In this document: positions 40,487-53,504 of the stretch, piece after piece | Position numbering within the stretch: the first letter of the stretch is position 1 | Layout of the letters: each line of letters opens with the position of its first letter | Source of the DNA: Octopus sinensis | Lineage: Eukaryota | Direction: 5' to 3' | NCBI RefSeq assembly: GCF_006345805.1 | Contig: NC_043003.1 | Span: forward strand, 68,448,001 to 68,512,000 | DNA: 64,000 bases | Program-made: the position numbers and the translations under genes | The notes under the pieces: generated by a model | Database searches by the model: none | What the model saw: the letters and a program-made list of their open reading frames with translations, nothing else | Told to the model about the DNA's origin: nothing

Positions 40487-40539
<53 letters not shown>

Positions 40540-41279
40540 TATACATTCTGTGCGAGTTAGAGCTTTACCCAAATCAATTTACGAAGTTGTACTTCACTCA
40601 CATCCTCATGTTTGCTCCTATTCTTTTTCTGCCCTTTTTAAAAAGACAAACACAATGTACCTATTAACTGTTTCTTATATGTATTAGCCCTCCCAATCAC
40701 TTAGACCCTCTGAAGAAGCCTAGAGGCACAGTCATTATCCAAACTTTATGTGCCCATCCCTACAGAACACCGATGAGATGGAGATGGCATGGAGGAATTC
40801 GTTGTCACTTGACAGAAACGGCCGTAAGGAACTAGCACATATCGTTAGCTCTTTTCTATAATATTAGTGCATGCGTGTGGGAATATATAGACATACAAGA
40901 ACGTCTACTGGCTGATGTATGTCGTATTTCTATCCTCTCCATTTTCTTTTTTGCCATATATATATGTGTGTGTGTGTAAATATTGTAGGTTTGATGTGTA
41001 AGGGTGCTCCATGGATAGATATAAGGATGAATGTGCACTCATACATTCGCATATACACACACGTGCACATACGTAATCAAAATTTCTAGAATACACAAAG
41101 ACTAAGCCCATGCTGAGACACTTATATCCACAGATAATTATATATATTTTGAAATAGATAAATGATTCGATTTTTGCATGTGTATATTTATGCATTCATA
41201 TGTACTATCGCCACACATATATACATGCGAATTAAATATATATATATATATATATATATCTTCGTTACAATAACACAAA

Positions 41280-41450
41280 TCCAGATTTAAAATTCGACTG
41301 AGCAACCACATATCTTCCTTCAGGGTCCCGGAAAGACGTACTACAATACTTGCAGCATATATATGGCGCTTAAAGGACGATCATACGTAATGGAACAAGA
41401 CTGTGTAAATTGTGTTCAGCAGAAAGAGTTTTAATTCTCCTGAACTCACA
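41280..41450 (+). mobile_element. Penelope-like GIY-YIG endonuclease remnant
   Basis: FKIRLSNHISSFRVPERRTTILAAYIWRLKDDH and LCKLCSAERVLILL resemble the PLE motif FK.R..NH..SF....STELSKYIW.LK..C.LCL.EK..IL. Confidence 0.6.
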
Positions 41451-41842
41451 TGAGTCAGGAGTCTACCTTAAAACCAGGACGGAAGCCGTGGGGTGCTTTC
41501 CATATTTTCAGAAAGTTTTACTTCAAAATTAGAAAACATAGCTATCAATTGACGGATAACTACTTGTCCGGCCATATTTTTAAAGAGGATTATTTTTTTA
41601 ACTATCAGCGGGTTTCTTGTGTTTTAAACAAAAATTATTTGCAACGAACGGTTACTGTTTTACCGAAATTGAAAAGATGTGGAGTTCATGCTAGATATGA
41701 AGCCAATGTTTTTTTTCTAAACTTACGTTACACATACACAAATATTATATATAAATATATGTGTGTGGGTGTTTATATATATATATATATATAATATATA
41801 TATATATATAGATATATATATATATGAATTCGTGTACATATA

Positions 41843-41884
<42 letters not shown>

Positions 41885-41936
41885 ATATAGATATATATAT
41901 ATATATATATATGAATGTATGTACACGCATTCATAC

Positions 41937-41971
<35 letters not shown>

Positions 41972-41973
<2 letters not shown>

Positions 41974-44014
41974 AGGAGAGGAAAATTCTTATGAGACGGC
42001 GTACAAACGTTTCAAATCGCCTAAACAAACAAATTGAAATCAGTGAAATGTCCCGCCTGAAAATAAAACTGCTGGAAATTGAAAAAGGTCTGCAACTCTC
42101 CCATGAAAAAGAAAGTGCAGACAAAGAGGCCTGGGCTATAGACAATATAAAATCTAACCCCCAGAGCTTTCTACAAGTTTACCAAAGAAACTGTTTCGGT
42201 GCAAGAGAGGGCCACTCCTCGAAAAAGATGGTACACTCACAAGAAATCCAATGAGGATAAGTGAGCATTTCAAAAGTATTTTCACTCCACCCCTAGGACA
42301 CTTTCAAGTCAGCAATCCAACTGACATCTTTACCACTACAGATATAAAAACAGAGGCAATGATGATTGATTACATCAATATGAAGGAAGACGATGTAATA
42401 AGGGCTGCAGATGTAATGAACCCAAACTCAGCTACTGGCCCTGATGGATTCACAGCAATCCATCTAAAAGTATGTAAGCGAGTCCTAGCAAGACCAATGC
42501 TGTCCTTCTTTCAGAGCTTCCTTGCAACTGGCAAACTTCCAAGAAAACTAAAGGAGGGTAAAGTATGCCCAATTCATAAAGGATGTAGCAGAGCGGAGGG
42601 CAAGAACTACAAACCTATCTCCCTGACCTCACACATCAGCAAGTTCATGGAACAAATAGTCAGAAGAAAACTAATCGCCTTCCTTGAAGAAAATGACTTG
42701 CTGCTTGATACCCAACATGAAGTTGCCTAACTAAGCTCTTACAAAACTATGACTGGGTGCTGAAACAACTGCTCAACCACTCAAATGTGGAAGTGATATA
42801 TTTCGACTTGGCAAAGGCCTTTGATAAAGTCAATCGTGGAATGATATGTCACAAACTAAGTGATCTTGGCATAGTTGGGAAAATTGCGAGAATGGCTTCG
42901 TGACTTTCTGAAGGATAGAAGTCAGGTGGTGGTGGCCAATGTGGCCACCTCCAATGCAACGCAAATATTGAGCGGTGTTTCGCAAGGCACTGTTTTGGGA
43001 CCGCTACTGTTCATAATGGTCCTATCATATATGCCCTAAGCCACACAGAGAGCCACGATCACAAGTTATGCAGATGATACAAAAGTTTGAAAGGTAATAC
43101 AGAACCCTGAAGACACTATGCACCTGCAATGTGAGCTAAATGAAATATACAAGTGAGCTGAAAAGAATAGCATGCAGTTCAATGCTGAAAAGTTTCAAGC
43201 TTTATGCTATCAACATGCAAGACTAAATGCAATACCCAATAAATACTCTGTACCTGGAGGGATTGCAATCCCAGAGGTACAATCAGTGCGAGACCTGGGC
43301 ATTTACATGAGTAATGATGCAACATTGCATGTGCATGTTGCTAAATTGGCAATGAAATGTAGGCGGCTGACTGGATGGATTCCTAGGACTTTTAGAACAA
43401 GAGACCAGGAAACCATGGTGGTCCTCTGCAGGACACTTGTCCTAAGCCATTTTGACTATTGCTCTCAGCTATGGTCATCAACCAGTGTCAAATTACTCTC
43501 AGAGCTTGAGGTAATCCAACGAAGCTACACGAAGAAGATAGTTTCTATTCAGCATATAAGCTATTGAGAAAGACTCAAGAGATTGAGACTCTATTCCTTA
43601 GAGCGTAGGCGAGAAAGATATGCCATAATATACATCTGGAAAATCCTGGAATGACGTGTACCAAACTTTAGCATCGAGAGTTACACAAATACTAGAACTG
43701 GGCGCCACTGCATAGTGCCAAGGACTCCAAATTTGCCATCAAGATGTAGGACAAGATACTGCAATACCCTGGGTTTCAAAGGTCCACAGCTCTTCAATAT
43801 CCTCCCGAAGAACCTGAGAGATTTAGGTGTCTTCAAAATAAAGCTGTCAGGTGTTCCAGATGAACCAACTTCGCGGCAGGAGGTGCAGATGAGGGCAGCT
43901 GCATCAAACTCTCTCATGCATCAAATGTCGATTGCCAAGAAGCATTGCTGAAGTAAAATCATGTTGCAACACCAAATGCCGGTGTCCTGCTCATGAGCTC
44001 AAACTAGAGGAAAA
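41972..44014 (+). mobile_element. Decayed CR1-group LINE, 5'-truncated ORF2 with RT
   Basis: Fragments SATGPDGFTAIHLK..NYKPISLTSHISKFMEQIV, YFDLAKAFDKV, SGVSQGTVLGPLLF, SYADDTKV, MQFNAEKFQ, SVRDLGIYM, RAAASNSLMHQM; several stops and frameshifts. Confidence 0.92.
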
Positions 44015-44044
44015 TTCTTTTTTTTTAAATAATAAAATAAAATA

Positions 44045-44215
44045 CACATGTGACCGCGTGTGTATGGTTGGGCGATTCTCTTTCTCCGCCTTCCCTTTCA
44101 TGGACCTTTCCTTTTTCTATGTTTCTGACGAAGAGCTCCGCTTTCTTTCCTTGCCTGAGCGTCCAATAACACTATTCTTGTTTCACGTCCTCGCGTTGTT
44201 GTGTTTTCTCTTTGT
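44045..44215 (+). mobile_element. Second copy of the hammerhead-bearing repeat at 22445, core truncated
   Basis: Collinear with the reverse complement of 22445-22650; TGTTT-CTGACGA-A-GAGC-TCC-GCT present but GAAACGTT is missing. Confidence 0.65.
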
Positions 44216-44221
44216 CATGTA

Positions 44222-44292
<71 letters not shown>

Positions 44293-44311
44293 TTGTATAT
44301 GTGTGTGTGTA

Positions 44312-44345
<34 letters not shown>

Positions 44346-45604
44346 CTTATGCACTCTCAGGCACACATATACGTAGATATCTGCATGACAAAATGCATAG
44401 ACGCTTACACGACCTCATACATGTAAGCTAATAACACTACATATATCTGTACTCGTTTACGGGCACTCATCTGCACTCATGTACAGGCACATTCAACTCT
44501 CAACTGTCAACATCCATAAAACCAAACAACTGTGTGTGTGCATACAATTACAGCAATAGGCTTCAAAATCCGAAATTCCACAATGTTTATGCACCCAAAT
44601 ACACTTTTGTATTACAAACACAATGAAAGCGTAATAGAAACGTCATCACGAATCAATCTTATACGATTGCTCACATCTAAAACACGTTATAATCTTTGAA
44701 TGGCGCCAGAAAAATCTAAATTAGGCTGCCAGTTGATTAGTTATAATGCGTTGTATTCAGGGTCTCACGTTTTAGATTATTGTCTCAGTACGAGTCGATT
44801 CTCCCTTTCATAGTCCTATTTTACTGTGCATAAAATCAAGTTGCTATGATTAATAGTATTACTTTGATTGATGAAATAAATATATTTCCTTCTTAGAAAT
44901 TGTCTACTCAGAGGAATCACAGAAGGTTTCCCTTTGCCACGACTACATCAGATACACATGCAAGATCTTTATAATAAACTAGATTCTACACTGAATTAAT
45001 TTCCATAGTTGTCCTTCTATTAACTCTTGTGAGATGCAACGAAACAAAATACTTAGACAGTCTACGCAATGTCTGTAATACATGTATCCGGCCCTCCTTC
45101 TTCGCTGTGGTTGAAGATTACGCAATGTATCCGAAGGTATAGTGAAGGCCCTCAGTGTGTTGCAGTAACATTGAGACCCATTTCTTTCTTTTCCCTACCC
45201 TCGTTTAGTTGATGGACTAGAGCGAAACGAAGCCAGACTAGCTCAGTCAGAGTTCGGAAGCGATAGTTTTCTCTCCATTTGTCTATCGCAGAGTAAATCC
45301 CAACACATTATTTCAATAGCATTGCAACACGTCATAGCTCTAATCTGCGGAGTGTATATGGCCATTCACTATATACCAAAACGTACTCGCATATTCCAAC
45401 ACTATATCAACCGGATGGGAACCTGACCTAAACACATGTCTTTGAATTTATCAATTCCGTAAACATCTTACTTGTTAATTACATCAAGAATTTACCAAAT
45501 GCAAACAAGCATCACGTTTAAAACAAAGCTTGCGCAAACAGCTAAATATCATTGAAGCTGTGCCTGTATATGCTTGGCACATCTGTCAGTGTGTGCGAAT
45601 GTGT

Positions 45605-45652
<48 letters not shown>

Positions 45653-45717
45653 AAGAATAGTTTCAATATAAAACGTAAACATTTAATATATATTAATAAC
45701 TTTTTGCAAATATACTA

Positions 45718-46047
45718 TGGCAGTCCCAGGATGGGACGAATGCTACTGTTATTTAACTCCATGGAATATCGTTTCCAACTAGATATACGACACAAAAAAT
45801 TCTGTGTCCTTGTATTTCCGAACAGGGGTGATCAGCACCTCCACCCAGCACAACCTCGCAACTATGACCCGGTTTCTGGGTTATTACTTTTTATTGGGCA
45901 ATGGATGCAAGGTTGTGCTGGTTGGAGGTGTTGATAGCCCCTGTTTGAACATATAAAGACACAGATTTTTTGTGTCGTATAGCCAGCTGGAAACGATGAT
46001 TCCTGGGGATAGATAACAGTAACATTCGTCCCATCCTGGGACTGCCA
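45718..46047. mobile_element. 330-bp fold-back element/MITE
   Basis: Termini TGGCAGTCCCAGGATGGGACGAATG; ~143-bp arms ~85% identical; ~45-bp spacer; no clear TSD. Confidence 0.8.
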
Positions 46048-46209
46048 CATTATGTTGGCAAAATTTTTTTTATTTTATTGTACTGCTACTGTATCTCTCT
46101 TTGAGAGATTTAGAAATGATAATATTTTTATTATGTAATATATAAATAGTCTGTTGATATAAACTGAAATTGTTCTTTCTTGTTACTGGTAGTTACAAGA
46201 CACCCACAA

Positions 46210-46592
46210 TGGCACTCCGTCGGCTACGACGAGGAGGGTTCCAGCTGATCCGATCAGAGGAATTACCTGCTCGTGGTGACATTAACGTGCAAGGGGTTGG
46301 GCACTCCACAGACACGTGTACCGTTAACGTAGTTCTCGGGGAGATTCAGCGTGATACACAGTGTGACAAGGCTGGCCATTTGAAATACATGTACAACAGA
46401 AACAGGAAAAAAGAGTGAGAGGAAATTGTGGTGAAACAGTACAGCAGAGTTCACCACCACCCATTGCGGAAACCTCGTGGAGCTTTAGGTGTTTTCGCTC
46501 AATAAACACTCACAACGCCCGATCTGGGAATCGAAACAACGATCCTACGACCGCGAGTCCGCTGCCCTAATCACTGGGTCATTGCACCTCCA
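46210..46592 (-). mobile_element. SINE family C, full length
   Basis: Head GGAGGTGCAATGACCCAGTGATTAGGGCAGCGGACTCGCGGTCGTAGGATCG..TTCGATTCCC; collinear with the 18559 copy. Confidence 0.92.
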
Positions 46593-47160
46593 CAACAAAC
46601 ACCCATAGTCATGTGATAAAAAGATACGTTAACTGAGAGGATACTTCTAAATTTGTGTAGTAATGAATTGCCGAAACGAAACGACTATAGGAAAGTTCGT
46701 AGCATGTTATAAATATTTAGGAATAAAGAACACGACATAAAATGCAGGAAACTATGTGGTACATATTGAAGAGCTTGAGATGACGCGGTACTTTTTTATC
46801 AGTAGGGAAGAACACCGGATGTGGTGCATGACTATACGAACGTGACAACAATAAATATCATAAAACAGGTATATGCAGGATTAGTTCAAATCTCAGGCAT
46901 ACAGTAACCCTATTTAAGTTGTAATCTTACAAAGTAATCGTCAAATAATTGCACAAAATCGTACAACAGATAATGAGGAAACAACGTTTAGTTTTTGTGG
47001 ATTTTATAAAGAAAATATATTTTACAAGTTATCAAACCTCCTAATTTATTAATCTGTGTTCAGAATTTTATGAAAAATTTGATTTCAAATTAAAAATTTC
47101 AGTTCAATTGGTCTATCATAATTATATGATCTACGTAAGCATAATATGGTCTTGGTATTC

Positions 47161-47554
47161 TTTCATTCTTTTACATAATTTAGTCATTTGACTGTTGCCA
47201 CGCTGGAGCACCTCCTTTAGTCGAGCAAATTGACCCCGGGACTTATTCTTTGTAAGCCTAGTACTTATTTTATTGGGTTCTTTTGCCGAACTATTGAGTT
47301 ACGGGGACGTAAACACACCAGCATCTGTTATCAAGAGATGTTGGGGGAGGGGTCAAACACAGAGACACAAACATATACACTCATATATATATACACACAT
47401 ATATAAGACGGGCTATTTTCAGTTTCCGTCTACCAAATCCACTCACAAGGCTTTGGTCGGCCCGAGGCTGTAGTGGAAGACACTTGCACATGGTGCCACG
47501 CAGTGGAACTAAATCGGGAATCATGTGGTTCGTGAGCAAGCTACTTACCACACA
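47161..47554 (-). mobile_element. SINE family A, full length
   Basis: Collinear with 37752-38146. Confidence 0.9.
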
Positions 47555-47614
47555 AGATCAAGATATATAAGATCTAGGTATATAAGACTACAAATACAGC
47601 AGGTAATTACTGGA

Positions 47615-48611
47615 CAAATCGTTAATAAGTTAATAGAACGTGAAAGGTGGTTAATATCGCGGAATAATGTAGAAGGTCGTTAATGGCGTAGAAATACATG
47701 ACACCTTTTAAAACATAAAGAAAATCTTAACATATTCTTAAAAGTAGGGATATATGTAACGCGTGGTTAACAGAAGAGAAGAAAATCCAAGGCTGTTAAC
47801 TGTAGCCATCGATTGCAGGAATTCGTTAACAGCAGGGAAGAAAGTGAACGTTCTTCAACATTATGAAAACTGCAGATCGGTGGTAAGAGCAGAGAAGGTT
47901 GTAACATATCGATTATGTACAGAAGAAGGTAGGAGGTCGTTAATAGTAGGAAAAAACACGGAAGACTGTGAATAGAAGGGTAGAATGTGTGTGTTTTTTT
48001 TTACAAATGGAAACAATGTGACGTTGTGAAATGAAAGAAAGAATGTGGGTGGGTGAATAACAGGTTGGGAAAATGAATTTTTTTAATTAAGGGGAGGAAC
48101 AGTAGCGAAGATGGAATTGGGTGAAGGGGTGTCCTTTGCGGGGAATTCTTTTCTGGGATGCTACTGCCAGGTCTGCTGTATAAGGCTGTTTGGAGGAAGG
48201 GGGTAGAGACGGCAAACTGGTAGGCTGTTCCGGGCAGCACACATCCTAGTTACACCACTCTAGATGGTTTGACACATCATTGATCAAAAGAAATGAGTTG
48301 GGAAATGTTAATATTAGAGAAATACGTAATATGTTGTGAACCTTAGAGAACAGCATGAGAGGTCTTTAAAGACAGGGAAGATCTACGCAATATGTCGATA
48401 ATGATAGGACAAAATTTTAAAGATGTTTACTGTAGGGACAAATAAGTAAGTTCATTATTTACATTTGACGGATATTTGTCCTCATGTTGTTTGTTGTTAA
48501 CACGTTTCGGCTGATATACCCTCCAGCCTTTATCATGTGTCTTGGGGAAATCTCAAATATGGATTCTCATTCCTAAGGTATTTTTTGATGTTATTATTAT
48601 TATTATTATTA

Positions 48612-48670
<59 letters not shown>

Positions 48671-49140
48671 ATTTTATTATTATTTTTATTATTATTATTA
48701 TTATTATTCAGCTAAGTTGTAAATTATAGGGGAGACCATGAATCGAAATTAACGACTGGGAGGAACGTGGGAGGCTACTCGCAATTTGATTGAAAGTAAT
48801 AGACAAGACTCTAACTGGAGAGGAAAATAACCCAGTGAAAAACTGGGAAAGTTTTCATTAGTACGTAAGAACGTTGATATTAGGGCTGAATCTGGAACAA
48901 TGGAGAGAGCAGGGAAGAATATAAACGACCGTTAAGAGTAAGGAAGGACTTGAACTGCCGCTAATGCATGGAAGAGCGCGGGAAAAACAATAACAAACCA
49001 TTAATGGTAGGAAAGGACATGGAAATCATAAACAGAGGTTGAAAATGCAACACGTTATAAACAGTAGAAAAGAAAGAGGAGTATGATTAATAGCAAAAAA
49101 AAACGTAGAATGGTTACAGCAGGAGCGAACGTTGGACGGC
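47615..49140 (+). repeat. Highly degenerate purine-rich minisatellite (~28-bp unit), interrupted by insertions
   Basis: Recurring (C/G)GTTAA(T/C)AG(C/T)AGGAA(A/G)GAACGT(A/G)GAAG-like units at 47615-47980 and 48720-49140. Confidence 0.5.
48456..48711 (-). mobile_element. Second copy of the (AAT)n-hammerhead tail element, headless
   Basis: Collinear with 26388-26530. Core mutated (ATGATAA instead of CTGATGA) but stem II GGCTG/CAGCC and GAAACGT kept; stops at CTGAAT, just after where the head would end. Confidence 0.8.
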
Positions 49141-49946
49141 ATCTTGAAATTCTAAACAGTAAATTCATTCAATGAAATCGCCATTGGCTTCAGACACGGC
49201 CTCCAGACGACTTCAGAATCTTCTATAACTCATTTAAACGGTCTCCTTGTTTAAGTTGGTGTATGCTGCCATAATGTATGCCTTCAGTTCGTCTTTGGTT
49301 CTACAAGGAGTTTTGTTAGGCTCTCGCTCAACTGCACCCCACACATAATAATGAAGGGGGTTGCAGTCTGGGGAGTTAGGTGGCGAGATATTAGGGTTGA
49401 TGTGGTCACAGAAATTGTCTGACAGCCATGACTGGATTTTCCTCCATCTGTGCCATGGTGCAGAGTCGTATTGACAGACACGGGGGTCTTCCAGAAGCCA
49501 CCCTCTTGACCTAGGGGAGCACTACCTCCTCCAGCCACTTGATGTAAGCTTCCCTGTTGAAACTGCGGCCGTATGGGACGATGATTGGAGACATTACGTC
49601 ACATCACTAGTGGGTACTACAAACAGAATGAAGTTGACTGGATGTTTGATTTTTATCACTAACGGTACATGTCCTCCGATTGCAGTGTCCTCAGAGTGCA
49701 GTGTCCTCAGATTGACAACCAAACATTCTAAAATGTTCATATTGGAGCATCCGGCGCGAATGCTAAGCAGTGCAGCATGTCGTTTGCAAATTTCTGGCAG
49801 AGTGAATTGAGTCATGGTGCTGTTGTTCTCACAGACGGTGCCTAACTGAACGTACAAGTCTGTGTAGGCGACAAAATATAAAACAAACAATGCGCATGCG
49901 CAAAATGAAGAACATAAAGTAGCGACAATTTACCGATCGCAACCTG
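49141..49946 (-). mobile_element. Decayed Tc1/mariner, maT (DD37D) type, internally deleted
   Basis: TA|CAGGTTGCG left end; N-terminus MTQFTLPEICKRHAALLSIRAG; catalytic part YDSAPWH..PPNSPDCNPLHYYVWGAVE with 37 residues between D and the last catalytic position (H here); in-frame stops; right TIR not seen. Confidence 0.85.
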
Positions 49947-50032
49947 TATATATACGTAGTTGTATGATTGTGCATAGAAAAATTCCTACCTAGTCTGGTT
50001 TTCTACGTTTTATTATTGACAATTTTACAATA

Positions 50033-50243
50033 TACTTTTCTACTCTAGGCACAAGGCCTGGGATTTTTTAGGAAGGGGGCCAGTCGATTAGATCGACCCA
50101 GTACGCGTACTCAATTTATCGACCTCGAGAGGATGGAAGGCAATGTCAACCTCGGCGGAATTTGAATACAGAACGTAAAGGCAGACGAAATAGCTCTAAT
50201 CATTTGGCCCCACGTGCTAACGTTTCTGCCAGGTCGTCGACTT
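50033..50243 (-). mobile_element. SINE family B, monomer
   Basis: Tail TTTTCTACTCTAGGCACAAGGCC, body and head collinear with other B copies. Confidence 0.88.
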
Positions 50244-50305
50244 AACTTTTTACAATTTTATAATAGAATATTGTATATATATTGCGATTAAACTAATACT
50301 TTCAT

Positions 50306-50348
<43 letters not shown>

Positions 50349-51176
50349 GAGTAGTAGTTGTAGTTGTAGTTGTAGTAGTAGTAGTAGTAGTAGTGACAGT
50401 CGTGGTCCACAATTGACAACTGTATTGAAATGATTAAGCATAGAGAAGTGATTCTCAGTATATTCACCGTAATATTTCTATTAGACGCAGTCAAACTTGT
50501 CCTTGAAATTGACATTGTTTTTCAGTGGTAAAAATTACCTCCAAGTTAGAGTTATAGCGATGGGAACGACATTTGCCCCCGTTTATGCGAACTCTGTAAT
50601 GGGATACTAAGAAGAAAAACTACGGGAGTGAATTTAGAAGATATATTGAAAGTGCGTGAAAGAGATTGCTTTATAATCTGGACAAAATCTCCAGATAATC
50701 TGGAAGAATTCAATATTCTCCTGAACCTGCATCCACCTCTCCAATGTACACAGGAAAAGACTAGTACCAATTATCATTTCTAGACATAATGTCACTTTAA
50801 AAATGATACCGTCATGCTTGCATGTATGTATGTATGTATGTATGTATGTATGTATGTATGTATGTATGTATGTATGTATGTAGGAAGATAGGTAGGTAAG
50901 ATATATTATATATAATATATCTTCGGATCGATAAGTATACAATTTATTTAGGAAATAATAATGTAATCTATATGATTATTGATTGATAAATATGGATTTC
51001 TATTTTTTTTAATTTGTTATTGATAATTTAGATACGTACATTCATTTAATTATTCTCATTTTATAATTATTATATGTGAACTTAAATCGAAAAATATTAG
51101 TTTGGTTACTTTGTGAATTAGATTGTAAAATTTTTTAGTATAGGTAAAGTTATTTTTATATTTAGTACTATTGAAT

Positions 51177-51333
<157 letters not shown>

Positions 51334-51839
51334 CAGTACTTTTTTCGAAAATAATTTTATAAACGATAAGTAATATGTTTTGAATTTTGAATTTTTTTCT
51401 ATTTTTCATTTCATAAATATTTTCGGAATGATAAGAATAATTTTTATTTAAGAAATAATGGAGTAATTTAATTATTTATTTATATGTTTATTGATTGAAA
51501 AATATGGATTTCTAATTGCTATATTTGTTAATTATAATTTAGATACGTACTTTTATTTAATTTTATAATTTTATAATTATTATATGTGAACTAAAATCTA
51601 AAAGTATTCAACGACTGTAGCTAGTGAAACGATATCCTAGTTTGTTAATGTTATTCTTCACAGATAAATACATTTTTCTATCTATTTCCTCTGGGTTTTT
51701 TACCTTAGGTTTTTAACATGATAAATGTATTATAGGAACCTGGCGTTTCTTCTATAAGAACGCTCATGATTTTATTTTTTTAAGAAATACTGTTTAATTT
51801 TATTTGATTATTTAATTAACTATTATTGTTTTTACTGTT

Positions 51840-51941
51840 GACCTGAGGAATGACTATACTTTTAAATTGAATAGTTTCTCGATTAAATTAAAATGTAATT
51901 GTAATTCGAATTGAAATTATAGCCGTGAAACGTGCGTAGCC
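51840..51941 (+). ncRNA. Decayed hammerhead motif with long stem II loop
   Basis: GAC-CTGAGGA-ATGACTATA..TATAGCCGT-GAAA-CGTGCG-TA/GCC; intact core, one mismatch each in stems I, II and III. Confidence 0.5.
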
Positions 51942-52090
51942 TTTCTACTTATTATATATTGTTTATTCATTTTTGTACTTATTGTGATCTAGTTATATGT
52001 TTAATAATATACTTTATTTTTTCTTTATGATAAGGTTTATGTCTATCATTGCTTGAATAGCATAATAGTGGTTTTTCTTTAATTTATATG

Positions 52091-52285
<195 letters not shown>

Positions 52286-52807
52286 CCTAACCACAGATAC
52301 AATCAAACATACTCGTAAGAGTGTGTATAGGAATAATTGCATTTACACGCGTGTTTGTTCGTTTGAGAGTATACCATTGATGATTGGGATTACGCACATG
52401 ATGCTTCATTCTTTGAGAAATTATATTGTGCGAATATAGGAGAATCTAAATTGTACACGACACATCAGCATCCATATTTGATTGATCTGAGAAGTAGAAA
52501 AGTTTTATAGATTTCTGTTCAATTTAATTTTTGTGTAACCGTAGGTAGGTCTACCAGCAACCCATGAAAAATTCATAGATTCTTTCAGAGACCAGTTAAA
52601 TTAATAGCAGTCGTATTAATTTTGCATTTATTCTAAATGCATGAACGGTGTTTTTTTATAAACAGAAAAGAAACGATGTACATGCAACGATGTCCCCTAT
52701 ATATATATGTCTTATAGTGGATTTCTTCCTATTTGAGATGCAGCACGTCACGTACAGTTTTGCAAAATATTTACTCACATTGAAGCCAAGCTCTGATTGA
52801 ATTATTA

Positions 52808-52980
52808 GGAAACTGGGCAAAATGCATAGCTGCATTTGATCTTTACGTTGTGAGTTCAAATTCTTGCGAGGTGTTTGCCTTTTACTTTTTCAGGGTCAAT
52901 AAAATAGATACCATTTGAGTAGAGGACTTGATGTAATCAACTTAACACCCCCATCTGTGAAATTGCTGTCCTTCTACCAT
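52808..52980 (+). mobile_element. SINE family B, degenerate
   Basis: GGGCAAAATGCATAGC..CTTTACGTTGTGAGTTCAAATTC..GGTCAATAAAAT. Confidence 0.7.
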
Positions 52981-53002
52981 ATTTACATGCGTTTTTATCA
53001 TA

Positions 53003-53225
53003 CGTGGCTTAATCGTTTAGGGCATTCGTAAGGTCGTGAGTTCAATTCCCGGCGAATCGCACAATTCCCTTGTGCAAGACACTTTATTTCACGTTGCTCC
53101 AGTCCACTCAGCTGGCAAAAGTGAGTAGTACCTGTATTTCAAAAGACCGGCCTTGTCACACACAGTGTCACGCTGAATGTCCCTGATAACTACGTTAAGA
53201 GTACACGTGTATGTGGAATCCTCAG
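53003..53225 (+). mobile_element. SINE sharing the family C 3' body but with a different head
   Basis: Head GTAAGGTCGTGAGTTCAATTCCCGGC..TGTGCAAGACACTTTATTTCACGTTGCTCCAGTCCACTCAGCTG, then GTACCTGTATTTCAAA..AACTACGTTAAG as in C copies. Confidence 0.8.
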
Positions 53226-53504
53226 TTTCGAATTTGTACATAAAATTCTTTTCTCTGACTTTTCACTCGACTTTTCTTGAGTTGTGTAGTTTGTAGAATA
53301 GGGATATTACAGACATTTCCTGACCACATGTAGCTAGATGTTCGCTTAAACGTATCTGACGAACTCCAAGGTCCCTGGATAATGCATTCCCAGTATGACC
53401 ACAAAATTCGGACATTTGCTGCAGTAAATTAAATTTATCTGTAAGGGATGATCAATAATTTTTAAGGTCAACAGAGGATCGAGTGATGATTCCAAAAGTC
53501 CAAT

